A DNA stretch of 64,000 nucleotides from Eledone cirrhosa (taxonomy: Eukaryota), in contig OZ024760.1 of assembly GCA_964016885.1 (NCBI GenBank), positions 29,388,001 through 29,452,000 on the forward strand. Reading direction: 5' to 3'. Positions 12,020 to 24,650 of the stretch are shown piece after piece. The number at the start of each line of letters is the position of its first letter. Positions within the stretch are counted from its first letter, which is position 1. Under the pieces are notes generated by a model. That model saw nothing but the letters and a program-made list of their open reading frames with translations. It made no database searches and was not told the DNA's origin. The position numbers and the translations under genes were made by a program.

Positions 12020-13562
12020 GGCACACTTGAGTGGGGAGTATTGGCACACTTGAGTGGGGAGTAGTGGTATACTTGATTGGAGGATAGTGGCACACTTGAG
12101 TGGGGAGTAATGGCACACTAGAGTGGGGAGTATTGGCACACTTGAGTGGGGAGTGGACGCAGACTTGAGTGGGGAGTAGTGGCACACTTGAGTGGGGAGT
12201 GGAGGTACACTTGAGTGGCGAGTAGTGGCACACTTGAGTGGGGAGTAATGGCACACTAGAGTGGGGAGTATTGGCACACTTGAGTGGGGAGTAGTGACAC
12301 ACTTGATTGGAGGATAGTGGCACACTTGAGTGGGGAGTAATGGCACACTAGAGTGGGGAGTATTGGCACACTTGAGTGGGGAGTGGACGCAGACTTGAGT
12401 GGGGAGTGGAGGTACACTTGAGTGGCGAGTAGTGGCACACTTGAGTGGGGAGTAATGGCACACTAGAGTGGGGAGTGGAGGCACACTTGAGTGGGGAGTG
12501 GAGGCACACTTGAGCGGGGAGTGTAGACACACTTGAGTGGGGAGTAGTTGCACACTTGAGTGGGGAGTAGTGGCACACTTGATTGGAGGATAGTGGCACA
12601 CTTGAGTGGGGAGTAATGGCACACTAGAGTGGGGAGTATTGGCACACTTGAGTGGGGAGTAGTAGCACACTTGATTGGGGGTAGTAGCACACTTGAGTGG
12701 GGAGTAGTGGCACACTTGAGTGGGGAGTATTGGCACACTTGAGTGGGGAGTAGTAGCACACTTGATTGGGGGGTAGTGGCACACTTGAGTGGGGAGTAAT
12801 GGCACACTAGAGTGGGGAGTATTGGCACGCTTGAGTGGGGAGTAGTAGCACGCTTGAGTGGGGAGTAGTAGCACACTTGATTGGGAGGTAGTGGAACACT
12901 TGAGTGGGGAGTAGTGGCACACTTGAGTGGGGAGTATTAGCACACTTGAGTGGGGAGTATTAGCACACTTGAGTGGGGAGTAGTGGACACTTGATTGGGG
13001 GGTAGTGGCACACTTGAGTGGGGAGTGGAGGCACACTTGAGTGGGGAGTATTAGCACACTTGAGTGGGGAGTAGTGGCACACTTGAGTGGGGAGTAGTGG
13101 CACTCTTGAGTGCGGAGTAGTGGCACACTTGAGTGGGAAGTATTGCGACACTTGAGTGGGGGAGTGTAGGCACACTTAAGTGGGGAGTAGTACACACTTG
13201 AGTGGGGAGTGGAGGCACACTTGAGTGGGGAGTAGAGGCACACTTGAGTGGGGGGTAGTGACACACTTGAGTGGGAGTAGTGACACACTTGAGTGGGGAG
13301 TAGTGGCACACTTGAGGGAGGAGTATTGGTACACTTGAGTGGGGAGTGGACGCACACTTGAGTGGGGAGTAGTGGCACACTTGAGTGAGGAGTGGAGGCA
13401 CACTTGAGTGGGGAGTGGAGGCACACTTGAGTGGGGAGTAGTGGCACACTTGAGTGGGGAGTAATGGCACACTTGAGTGGGGAGTGGAGGCACACTTGAA
13501 TGAGGAGTAGTGGCACACTTGAGTGGGGAGTGGAGGCACACTTGAGTGGGGAGTTGAGGCAC
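12020..13562. repeat. 23-bp G-rich minisatellite
   Basis: Unit GCACACTTGAGTGGGGAGTAGTG; explains the 603-aa ORF. Confidence 0.95.
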
Positions 13563-13685
13563 ATCTATAAAATTATGTTGGAAGATATTAATTCAAATAG
13601 GAACCCTTTAAAATTTGTGGTTTTACTTCATAAAACCAGAGGTGGTTTTGACTGGGTTGGTATCAGAAGAATTGAATAGAAATCT

Positions 13686-15373
13686 TTAACCCTTTAGCAG
13701 TCATATTACTCTATATATACTATTGTATTTTCACAGTAAAGTCTATACCTCACATAATATCTCACATAACATTTACATTACTTTATATTTACTATTGTAT
13801 TTTCACAGTAAAGGCTTTACCTCACATAATATCTCACATAACATTTACATTACTCTATATATACTATTGTATTTTCACAGTAAAGGCTTTACCTCACGTA
13901 ATATCTCACATAACATTTCCATTACTCTATATATACTATTGTATTTTCACAGTAAAGTCTATACCTCACATAATATCTCACATAACATTTACATTACTTT
14001 ATATTTACTATTGTATTTTCACAGTAAAGACTTTACCTCACATAATATCTCACATAACATTTACATTACTTTATATTTACTATTGTATTTTCACAGTAAA
14101 GACTTTACCTCACATAATATCTCACATAACATTTACATTACTTTATATTTACTATTGTATTTTCACAGTAAAGACTTTACCTCACATAATATCTCACATA
14201 ACATTTACATTACTCTATATTTACTATTATATTTTCACAGTAAAGGCTTTACCTCACATAATATCTCACATAACATTTACATTACTATATATATACTATT
14301 GTATTTTCACAGTAAAGTCTATATCTCACATAACATTTACATTACTTTATATTTACTATTGTATTTTCACAGTAAAGGCTTTACCTCACATAATATCTCA
14401 CATAACATTTACATTACTCTATATATACTATTGTATTTTCACAGTAAAGGCTTTACCTTACATAATATCTCACATAACATTTACATTATTCTATATATAC
14501 TATTGTATTTTCACAGTAAAGGCTTTACCTCACATAATATCTCACAAAACATTTTCACAGTAAAGGCTTTACCTCACATAATATCTCACAAAACATTTAC
14601 ATTACTCTATATATACTATTGTATTTTCACAGTAAAGGCTTTACCTCACATAATATCTCACATAACATTTACATTACTCTATATTTACTATTGTATTTTC
14701 ACAGTAAAGTCTTTACCTCACATAATATCTCACATAACATTTACATTACTCTATATATACTATTGTATTTTCACAGTAAAGGCTTTACCTCACATAATAT
14801 CTCACATAACATTTACATTACTCTATATATACTATTGTATTTTCACAGTAAAGTCTTTACCTCACATAATATCTCACATAACATTTACATTACTCTATAT
14901 ATACTATTGTATTTTCACAGTAAAGGCTTTACCTCACATAATATCTTACGTAACATTTACATTACTCTATATTTACTATTATATTTTCACAGTAAAGGCT
15001 TTACCTCACATAATACCTCACATAACATTTACATTACTCTATATATACTATTGTATTGTCACAGTAAAGTCTTTACCTCACATAATATCTCACATAACAT
15101 TTACAGTACTCTATATATACTATTGTATTTTCACAGTAAAGGTTTTACCTCACATAATATCTCACATAACATTTACATTACTCTATATATACTATTGTAT
15201 TTTCACAGTAAAGGCTTTACCTCACGTAATATCTCACATAATATCGAATCTATGAGATTGTGAAAGTATTTATGTGAGAACAATACCTTAACATCAGTTT
15301 GAGTGACCAGTTACAGCCAGTTTCAACAGAAAAAGGTAGAGAATTCTGGCCGGTTTGAACATTAACGGGTTAA
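13686..15373 (+). mobile_element. TTAA-flanked (piggyBac-like) MITE with internal 72-bp satellite expansion
   Basis: Starts TTAACCCTTTAGCA and ends ...CGGGTTAA. Internal unit TATTGTATTTTCACAGTAAAGGCTTTACCTCACATAATATCTCACATAACATTTACATTACTCTATATATAC, about 21 copies. Confidence 0.8.
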
Positions 15374-15629
15374 AATGGGGGGGGGGTGTTCATAAATATC
15401 AGAAGAGGTGTGAGGTGAGTTGGTACTGAAAGGTTTACATAGGAACCCTTTAAAATGGGAGCTTTTGTTTCATAGACTTAGAGCCTGTTTTACCTGGGTT
15501 CATATCAAAAAGGTTTAGTTAGAACCCTTTAAAATGGGGTGGGATTTGTTTCGTAGAACAAGAGACAATTTGTTAGATTGGTATCAAAAGGGTTAAGCAT
15601 CATCAACAACAACTACAGCTAAGATGACC

Positions 15630-17042
15630 ATTACTACTACCACTACCACCACCACTACTACTACACCACTACTACTAATACTACTACTACTATCACCACC
15701 AACACTACTACCACCACCACCACTACTAGTACTATCACCACTATACCACCACCACCACCACTATACTACTACCACCACCACCACTATACCACCACCACCA
15801 CCATTCCACCACCACCACTACCATTATATCACTACCACCACCACTACCACTATACCACCACTACCACTATACCACTACCTCCACCACTACTATTCCACCA
15901 CCACCACTATACCACCACCACCACTACCACTATACCACCACCACCACCACCATACCACCACCACACCACCACCACTATACCACCACCACCACTATACCAC
16001 CACCACCACACCACCACCATACCACCACTACCACTATACCACTACCACCACCACTACCACCACTATTCCACCACCACCACCACTATTCCACTACCACCAC
16101 CACTATACCTCCACCACCACTACTATCACCACCACCACCACTATACCACCACCACACCACCACACAACCACCACAACACCACTATACCTCCACCACCATA
16201 CCACCACCACACCACCACCATACCACCACTTCCACTATACCACTATACCACTACCACCACCACCACCACTATTCCACCACCACCACCACTATACCACCAC
16301 CACCACACCACCACCACTATACCACCACTACCACCATACCACCACTATACCACCACCACCACCACCACCACACCACCACCACCACCACTATACCACCACC
16401 ACCATACCACCACCACACCACCACCACACCACCACACCACTATACCACCACCACCACCACTACCACTATACCACTACCACCACCACCACCACTATTCCAC
16501 CACCACCACCACCATTCCACCACCACCACCACCACTATACCACCACCACCACACCACCACCACCACCACCACACCACCACCACCACACCACCACTATACC
16601 ACCACCACCACCACTATACCACCACCACCACCACTATACCACCACCACCACCACTATACCACCACCACCACCACTATACCACCACCACACCACCACAATA
16701 CCACCACCACCACCACTATACCACCACCACACCACCACAATACCACCATACCACCACAATACCACCACCACCACCACTATACCACCACTATACCACCACC
16801 ACCACCATACCACCACTATACCACCACCACCACCACACCACCACCATACCACCACCACTATACCACCACCACCACCACACCACCACCACCATACCACCAC
16901 TATACCACCACCACCACCATACCACCACTATACCACCACCACCACCACACCACCATCATCACCACCACCACCACCACCACCACTATACCACCATACCACC
17001 ACCACCACCATACCACCACTATACCACCACCACCACTACTAC
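15630..17042. repeat. (CAC/TAC)n compound microsatellite
   Basis: Direct reading. Confidence 0.95.
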
Positions 17043-17209
17043 AAGTAGAGCAGCAGTCCTTATAAGAAGTATTAATAGTTGACATCAGATCAACTCCACT
17101 TAACCAAGTCTCTTCATGTCACTTCAGACATTGTCATATATCCAACACTTGTGACAGCTGGAGAGGAAGACAACACTCAGGAAACCACTAGAAGGACTCG
17201 GCTGTTATC

Positions 17210-17710
17210 ATTATTAGAGTGGATTGCCAGTATCAGTAGAGGGTCGGCCGCCATGCTTTGCAGCATGGAGTTACGGCCCTTTATTATCTGAGTTCAAATG
17301 CTGCTGAGGTTAACTTTGCCTTTCATCCTTACGGGGTCTATAAAATAAAGTACCAGTAATGTACTGGAGTAATTGCTGGCCTTGTGCCAAAAGTGGAAAC
17401 AATTATTATTGGTTTACAGCATGGAGTTATGGCCCTTTAGGTTTTGAGTTGAAATCCCGCTGAGGTTAACTTTGCCTTCTTATGGGGTCGATAAAATAAA
17501 GTACCAGTAATGTACTGGAGTAATTGCTGGCCTTGTGCCAAAAGTGGAAACAATTATTATTGGTTTACAGCATGGAGTTATGGCCCTTTAGGTTTTGAGT
17601 TGAAATCCCGCTGAGGTTAACTTTGCCTTCTTATGGGGTCGATAAAATAAAGTACCAGTAATACACTGGTGTATTTGCTGGCCTTGTGCCTAAAATAGAA
17701 ACAATTATTC
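17210..17710 (+). mobile_element. tRNA-derived SINE (second family) with tandemly triplicated body
   Basis: GAGTTCAAATCCCGCTGAGGTTAACTTTGCCTTTCATCCTTACGGGGTCGATAAAATAAAGTACCAG...GCCTTGTGCCAAAAGTGGAAACAATTATT x3. Other copies near 10170 (-), 20050 (+), 38840 (-), 43920 (+) and 44103 (-). Confidence 0.75.
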
Positions 17711-18089
17711 TTATTCAGCATATTGGCAGTATTGGTAGAGCATCTGACAATATGCTTCGTGGTGTCGAGTTCCAAGTTGGACTCAGCCCTCGTAAACTAC
17801 ACTCTAAAAACTGAGCTGAGTTGTAAATATTTCAGCTTCTAACTATGGAGTAATAATTACAGTTTAATTAGAACTAAACTAATTATATTTGCTGCAACAG
17901 TAATTAATTGTGTGGATCTGTTACGATGTCATAGCTTCTAGCTTGGTACAGAGATGTTAGAAAGTGCATTGTTGTTCTTTTGTTTTTTTATATTTTCCAT
18001 CCTTTACGTGATGGGGGTGGACAGGACGGTGTAGCGGGCTGCTCTAGTTTTTGTTTTTGTTGTATTTTCACTCTTTAATTATTATTTCT

Positions 18090-19890
18090 GATGGTGGTGG
18101 TGGTGATGGTGGTGGTGACAATGATGAAAGTAGTAGTAGAGGGGGGTGGGGGTGACAATGATGAAAGTAGTAGTAGAGGGGGGGGTGATGGTGGTGGTGG
18201 TTGTGAGGATGGTAGTGGTGTTGGTGATGATGATTCTAGTGGTGTTGGTGTTGGTGATGGTGGTAGTGGTGTTGGTGATGATGGTAGTGGTGTTGGTGAT
18301 GGTGGTAGAGGTGTTGGTGATGATGGTAGTGGTGATGGTGATGATGGTAGTGGTGTTGGTGATGGTGGTAGTGGTGGTGGTGATGATGGTAGTGGTGTTG
18401 GTGATGGTGGTAGTGGTGTTGGTGATGATGGTAGTGGTGTTGGTGGTAGTGGTGTTGGTGATGGTGGTAGTGGTGATGGTGATGATGGTAGTGGTGTTGG
18501 TGATGATGGTAGTGGTGTTGGTGGAGATGGTAGTGGTGTTGGTGGTAGTGGTGATGGTAGTGGTGTTGGTGATGATGGTAGTGGTGTTGGTGATGATGGT
18601 AGTGGTGATGGTGATGATGGTAGTGGTGTTGGTGATGATGGTAGTGGTGTTGGTGATGATGGTAGTGGTGTTGGTGATGGTGGTAGTGGTGTTGGTGATG
18701 GTGGTAGTGGTGTTGGTGATGATGGTAGTGGTGATGGTGGAGATGGTGATGGTGGTAGTGGTGATGGTAGTGGTGTTGGTGATGATGGTAGTGGTGATGG
18801 TGATGATGGTAGTGGTGTTGGTGATGATGGTAGTGGTGTTGGTGGTAGTGGTGGTGGTGATGGTGGTAGTGGTGTTGGTGATGGTGGTAGTGGTGCTGGT
18901 GATGATGGTAGTGGTGTTGGTGATGGTGGTAGTGGTGCTGGTGATGGTGGTGATGGTGTTGGTGATAATGATAATGATGATGATGGGCAAGCCTAGTCAA
19001 TGCTATACAGTTTCTATTGTGCTATTATTTGCTATATTTGGCACTGCGGTGTGGTAGAGTCATGTCAACCAACACACTATACTACAACTTAAACTAGGAA
19101 GTTAAAATCTATAACTCCCCTCTAGAAATGTACCGTGTTTCCGGGTAACGTAGGCACTTGGTCCTCGGGGACCCTGCTTAGTTTTGACAAACATTTGAAA
19201 CTAAATAATTGTTTCTACTTTTGGCCTCCAGGACACGGGAAATACTGTATACAGTAGTAGCGGTGGTTGTAGTGGTAGTGGTAGGGGTGGTTGTGGTAGT
19301 AGTAGGGTGGTAATAGTGGTAGTAGGGGTAGGGGTGGTGGTGGTGGTGGTGGTAGTAGTAGGGGTGGTAGTGGTATTGGTGGTAGTAGTAGGGGTGGTGG
19401 GGGTAGTGGTAGTAGTGGTAGTAGGAGTGGTGGTGGTAGTGGTAGTAGTAGGGATGGTAGTAGTGGTAGTGGTGGTAGTATTAGGTTTGGTAGTAGTGGT
19501 GGTGTTAGGGGTGATAGTAGTGGTGGTGGTAGTAGTAGTGGTGGTGGTGGTGGTAGTAGTTGTGGTGGTAGTGGTGGTGGTGGTGGTGGGAGTAGTAGTG
19601 GTGGTAGTGGTAGTAGTAGTGGGGTGGTAGTGGTGGTAGTAGTAGTAGTGTTGGTGGTGGTAGTAGTAGTGTTAGTGGTAGTGGTGATGGTAGTAGTAGT
19701 GGTAGTAGTAGTAGTGGTGGTGGTGGTAGTAGTAGTGGTGATGGTAGTAGTAGTAGTAGCAGTGGTAGTGGTAGTAGTACTGGTGGTGGTGGTGGTAGTA
19801 GTAGTAGCAGTAGTAATAGTAGTATCAGTTGCAGTAGTAGTAGTGGTGGTAGTAGTAGTAGTAGCAATAGTACTAGTAGTAGTAGTAGTG

Positions 19891-19925
<35 letters not shown>

Positions 19926-20020
19926 AGTGGTAGTAGTAGGAGCAGTAATAGTAGTAGTTATAGTAGTAGTAGTTATAGTAGTAGTACTACTACTACTGCT
20001 GCTGCTGCTACTACTATCTA
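18090..20020. repeat. (GGT/GAT/AGT)n compound microsatellites (18090-18985 and 19250-20020)
   Basis: Direct reading; poly-V/G/T ORFs are artefacts. Confidence 0.95.
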
Positions 20021-20687
20021 CTGATCGTCAGACATGCTTAGTAACATAGAGTTACGGCCCTTTACGTTCTGAGTTCAAATCCCGCCGAGGTTAACTTTAC
20101 CTTTCACCCTTACGGGGTCAATAAAACAAAGTACCAGTAATACACTGGGGTAATTGCTGGCCTTGTGCCTCAAGTAGAAACAATTATTATTACCAATTGT
20201 CATTTGGAGATTTTGTTTCATTTTGTAAGGAGGGGGTGTGGTGATGTGGGGTGGGGGCTGTGATGATGAGAGTGTGGGGGTCGTGATGGGGAGGGGTGAT
20301 GATGAGCGGTGGGGGTTGCCGTGATGAGAGGGTGGGGGCTGTGGTGCTGGGGGGATGTGATGATGAGGGGTGGGTGGGGGTTGTGGTGATGAGGGGGAGG
20401 GTTGTGTTGATTGGGGGGGGGGGGGGGGGGGAAACAGATCATTTCCACTATTTCATCTCCTGCTAGTTTGTTTATCAATAATTTCTCCTGCCAGGCAGAA
20501 GAAAGCACACACGGTGTGTGTATATATATATTTATATAAGCACACACGGTGTGTGTACATATATATATATATTTATATATGTGTGTGTTTGTACATATGT
20601 ATATGTATGCGTGTGTGTATATATATATATATATATATGAGTTTGCATGTGCAGATATATATATATACAAACACTCACAGACATATG

Positions 20688-20727
<40 letters not shown>

Positions 20728-21069
20728 TGTATATATATATACACACACACAGACATATGTATATATATATACACACACACACATACACATATATACATAC
20801 ACACAGACATATGTATATATATATATACACACACACACACAGACACACACACATATGCACACAGACTCACCATTAATGTCTGGTATATTTCAATGTTGAT
20901 GTCTAAGAAGCTATTCCACTCTTTGTAATTCTGGCAAATGTAAAGATTTCTCTCTCTGATTCCCTGGGGGTGAGCTATCTCTTGGTAAACGCAGTTGTAT
21001 GTATATATGTGCACATGTATGTGTTTTTGTTAGTGGTTGTTTGTATGTGTGTATATATATATATATATA

Positions 21070-21265
21070 TACAGGTGTAGTAAAGAACCAGATAGCCCAT
21101 AACGCACCAGAGTACTCAATACTTGGGGAAGTAGAGTGGGTAATAGGAAAAAGTTTAAACCCAACGGCAGAACTCAAGCCGTTTCGACGGCTATTTCTGG
21201 ACTGAATTTAGTCCAGAAATAGCCGTCGAAACGGCTTGAACTCTGCCGTTGGGGTTAAACTTTTT

Positions 21266-21270
<5 letters not shown>
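21070..21270 (-). mobile_element. Fold-back element in (TA)n, family A (other copies ~24405-24560 and ~62860-63065)
   Basis: Perfect-looking hairpin centred near 21205 (AAGCCGTTTCGACGGCTATTTCTGGACT / AGTCCAGAAATAGCCGTCGAAACGGCTT). Shared tail GAGTACTCAATACTT..GTAGAGTGGGTAATAGGAA. Confidence 0.8.
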
Positions 21271-21304
<34 letters not shown>

Positions 21305-21320
21305 TAAAATAACAGATTAA

Positions 21321-21433
21321 AGTTTAAGCAAAGAATCGGTGCTTTCACCCTTAACGGGATCTTCTGAAACTCAGAAACTCAGAGTTTCAGAAGATCCCGT
21401 TAAGGGTGAAAGCAGCGATTCTTTGCTTAAACT
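21321..21433. ncRNA. Inverted pair of hammerhead-like motifs with variant core CAGAAGA (21321-21371 minus, 21383-21433 plus)
   Basis: AGTTT-CAGAAGA-TCCCgttaaGGGT-GAAA-GCA..TGC-TT-AAACT in both arms. Confidence 0.55.
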
Positions 21434-21523
21434 TTAATCTGTTATTTTAATAAATATTTGCTCTACGGTTCTTATATATTTGATATATATTTATCCTTAT
21501 CGAGCCCTCTTTGGATTTTAGTC

Positions 21524-23286
21524 ATCATCATCATCATCATCATCACCGTTTTACGTCCGTTCTTCCACGCTAGCATGGGTTAGACGGGTTGTCCTGTTGT
21601 GGGCAGTGTCTGGTCGGCTGACCATGCCTTGCTCATACAGGAACTGATCTGGCTTGATTTCTACAGCTGGATGCCCTTCCTAACACCAACCTCATTTACA
21701 GTGAGTGCTGGGTGCTTTTTCGTGGCGCCTACACGTCCACTTTACAGTGTGGGCTGGGTGCTTTTTTGCCGTGGCACCTCCACGACCACCTTGCGGTGGG
21801 GGGGGGGGGGCATATTGTTTATATGCTTCAGCATGTACCCATGGGAGGTCGGGTACCCTGTATTACTGCGTGACGCCAGAAGTCACGGTCGTGTGTCATT
21901 GACTTTGAGAGGTGTAGTTGGGTAAGGTCGGCTTTTATCACCTCATCCCAAGTCATCTTGGGTCTCCCCACTCCGCGGTTTCCATCAACTTCTAGTGCTC
22001 TGCACCTTTTTATGCAGCTGTCATCCTTCATACGCATCACATGTCCATACCAGCGTAACCGCCTCTCCTGCACGCAGCATTTGATTCCTCTTATGCTCAG
22101 TCTCTCTCTCAATTCATTTATGCTTTGTCGTTCACGTATATTACTGTTACACATCCATCGGAGCATGCAGGCTTCGTTTCTCTCTAATCTACGTAAGTCT
22201 TCCACCTTCAGCGCCCAGGTCTCACTACCATGCAACATCGCTGTTCGGATACACGCATCATACAGTCTGCCTTTCATTCTGAGGGAGAAGCCTTTTGCAG
22301 CTAGCAGTGGTAGTAGTTCCCTAAACTTCTTCCATCCCGTTCTTACCCTAGTTATTGTACTTTCTGAGCACCCACCTCCGTTGCTAATTCGGTCACCTAG
22401 GTAGCAGAAGCTGTCTACTGTTTCTACAGGGCCCTCCCAGAGATTGGTGGTACTTGTTTCCTGTGGCTGTTTGCTTGCTGTTTCAGCACAGCTGCTGCAT
22501 GTGAATCCTACATTCTTAATTAAGCTTCCTGAGATCCCGCTACATCTCTTGTGTACCCATTGTTTGCATTTGGGGCAAAGAATGGAGTTCCTACCTACAC
22601 CTTTCCTACATACTGAGCAAGGCCATTTCCCTGAGGGGATCTGGGTTCTGTTTTCTCGTCTACTTATAAGGACCTTAGTCTTTGTCATGTTGACTTTGAG
22701 GCCCTTTCTCTCTAGTCCCTGCTTCCAGGTTTGGAATTTATTCTCTAGTTCTACCATAGATTCAGCTATGAGTGCGAGGTCATCAGCATACAGGAGTTCC
22801 CATGGGCATCCGGTCTTAAACTCCTCCGTTATTGCCTGCAGGACTATGATGAACAGGAGAGGGCTAAGAACAGAGCCCTGGTGGACCCCAACCTGTACGC
22901 TAAATTCCTCGCTATACTCATTGCCAATCCTAACTTTGCTGACTGCTCCCCTATACATGGCTTGTACCGCTTTCACAAGCCATTCATCTACTCCTAGTTT
23001 TCTAAGAGCCCACCAGATTACTGCACGTGGAACTCTGTCAAAGGCTTTCTCAAGGTCGACAAATGCCAAGTAGAGTGGCTTACTTTTAGCTAGGTACTTT
23101 TCCTGTAATTGCCTCACAAGGAAGAGCGCATCAGTGGTGCCTTTCCCTGGAACAAACCCAAATTGCATCTCGTCTATATTCACCCGGTCCCTAATCAGCT
23201 GTGCTATAACTCTTTCTGTTACTTTCATGACCTGGTCCATCAACTTTATACCTCTATAGTTTCCTCTATCTATAGTTTCCTCTCTA
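21524..23286 (-). mobile_element. 5'-truncated RTE-clade LINE; intact 471-aa RT ORF (21828-23243); 7-bp TSD TTTAGTC
   Basis: QFGF, AFVDLEKAFDRV, GVHQGSVLSP, LLYADD, FCYLG, RLRWYGHV and GRPKMTW motifs. (GAT)n tail; TSD at 21517-21523 and 23287-23293. Confidence 0.95.
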
Positions 23287-23310
23287 TTTAGTCTTCAAAT
23301 TTATTATTAT

Positions 23311-23375
<65 letters not shown>

Positions 23376-23448
23376 GATAAGCAGAACAAGTAAAATTCAA
23401 TCAATTTTTTAAAATACATTAAAAAATATAATATAAATATTTACCTCT

Positions 23449-23553
23449 CCTAGTGGCCCTTACTGATCAGTTTCGCTTTGTAAAACCTCATAAATCCGAT
23501 GGATTTATGATGGAAAACCAAAGCTCATCAGAGAAGCATTTTCCCTTCCTAGG
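23449..23553 (-). ncRNA. Type I hammerhead ribozyme motif, intact core, 50-nt stem II
   Basis: Minus strand CCTAG..GCTTCT-CTGATGA-GCTTTG[TCATAAATCC atc GGATTTATGA]CAAAGC-GAAA-CTGATCAG-TA^-AGGGC.CTAGG. Confidence 0.8.
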
Positions 23554-23914
23554 GCTAAACGTCCCAGGAACGACAAAATATATAACCTCCTGCCAGCAAA
23601 TAAAGGTCTGAAAGGTCGTAAAAGTGACCCGTATGTAAACTGGACCGAAGTAAAAGCGGGAAAATCAAAGACTTGCTGTCTACAATTACTACTAAAAAAA
23701 TAGCAGCTAAATAGAACAGCAGAATTGTTCTCAACAGACGGAGAAAGAGATTGAAGTTAATATGTCCAGAAATACATAGGTTGTCTATGATTCAAGGTTG
23801 TTCAATGGTATTAATTTGATACACCAGAACTTTAATATTAAGATAAGCAGAACAAGTAAAATTCAATCAATTTTTTAAAATACATTAAAAAATATAATAT
23901 AAATATTTACCTCT

Positions 23915-24019
23915 CCTAGTGGCCCTTACTGATCAGTTTCGCTTTGTAAAACCTCATAAATCCGATGGATTTATGATGGAAAACCAAAGCTCATCAGAGA
24001 AGCATTTTCCCTTCCTAGG
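23915..24019 (-). ncRNA. Second copy of the same hammerhead, 466 bp away
   Basis: Same sequence as 23449-23553. Confidence 0.8.
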
Positions 24020-24094
24020 GATAAACGTCCCAGGAACGACAAAATATATAACCTCCTACCAGCAAATAAAGGTCTGAAAGGTCGTAAAAGGTCA

Positions 24095-24125
<31 letters not shown>

Positions 24126-24226
24126 TGTTTTGTGTAATTTTTTCCATAGAAAAGGTAAAGGAAAGAAGAGTGCTCTATATATAGTACAGAGCTATTTAAT
24201 TATGTAATAAACAACACAAAATAATT

Positions 24227-24298
24227 ATTCCATTACCAAAGGTTTCAGGAAACTAGATGATCTCAACAGAAATTTCCAGTACACTCATCAGATGAAAT
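24227..24298 (-). ncRNA. Type I hammerhead motif in a fold-back element related to the 9.2-kb element
   Basis: ATTTCAT-CTGATGA-stem II (ACTGG/CTAGT)-GAAA-CCTTTGG-TA^-ATGGAAT. Downstream AGCTCTGT..ATAGAGCACTCTT is shared with 9466-9495. Confidence 0.7.
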
Positions 24299-24650
24299 AT
24301 TTACGTTCATAAATAAGATCGTCTAGTCTCCTGAAACCTTTGGTAATGGAATAATTATATTGAGTTGTTTATTATGTAATCAAATATATATATATATGTA
24401 TATATACTGGTTAGACCATTATTCACAAGAGTACTCAATACTTGAGGTGGAGTATGGTTATATGAATGAGTCAGGACCCCGATGGCTGAGCTCTTGCTGT
24501 TTCAATAGCTAGTAGCTTTTGAAACAGCAAGAACTCAGTTATCGGGGTCTGACTCATTTATATATATATATATCCGGGAGCTTCCAACAGTAATGGTCGC
24601 ATTCTTTAAGGGTGTGTCAATATTTATTTATAAAACTGATCTATATTATA

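Larger units (their letters stand above)
23371..24090 (-). mobile_element. Penelope pseudo-LTR/retrozyme-like element: 254-bp direct repeats with 466-bp period, each with a hammerhead
   Basis: 23371-23624 is nearly identical to 23837-24090; flanked by (TA)n on both sides. Confidence 0.8.

Noticed and set aside
11753-13564. 603-aa ORF
   Set aside because: Translation of a 23-bp minisatellite; open in several frames with no domain content.
13723-15255. 510-aa and 541-aa (55342-56967) His/Tyr-rich ORFs
   Set aside because: Stop-free frames of the 72-bp satellite.
15624-20049. Mucin-, extensin- or Gly-rich protein ORFs
   Set aside because: Trinucleotide microsatellites open on both strands, without splice-compatible boundaries.
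23625-23836. Penelope GIY-YIG/RT coding remnant between the direct repeats
   Set aside because: I could not recognise any motif; the Penelope link rests on ribozyme and architecture only.
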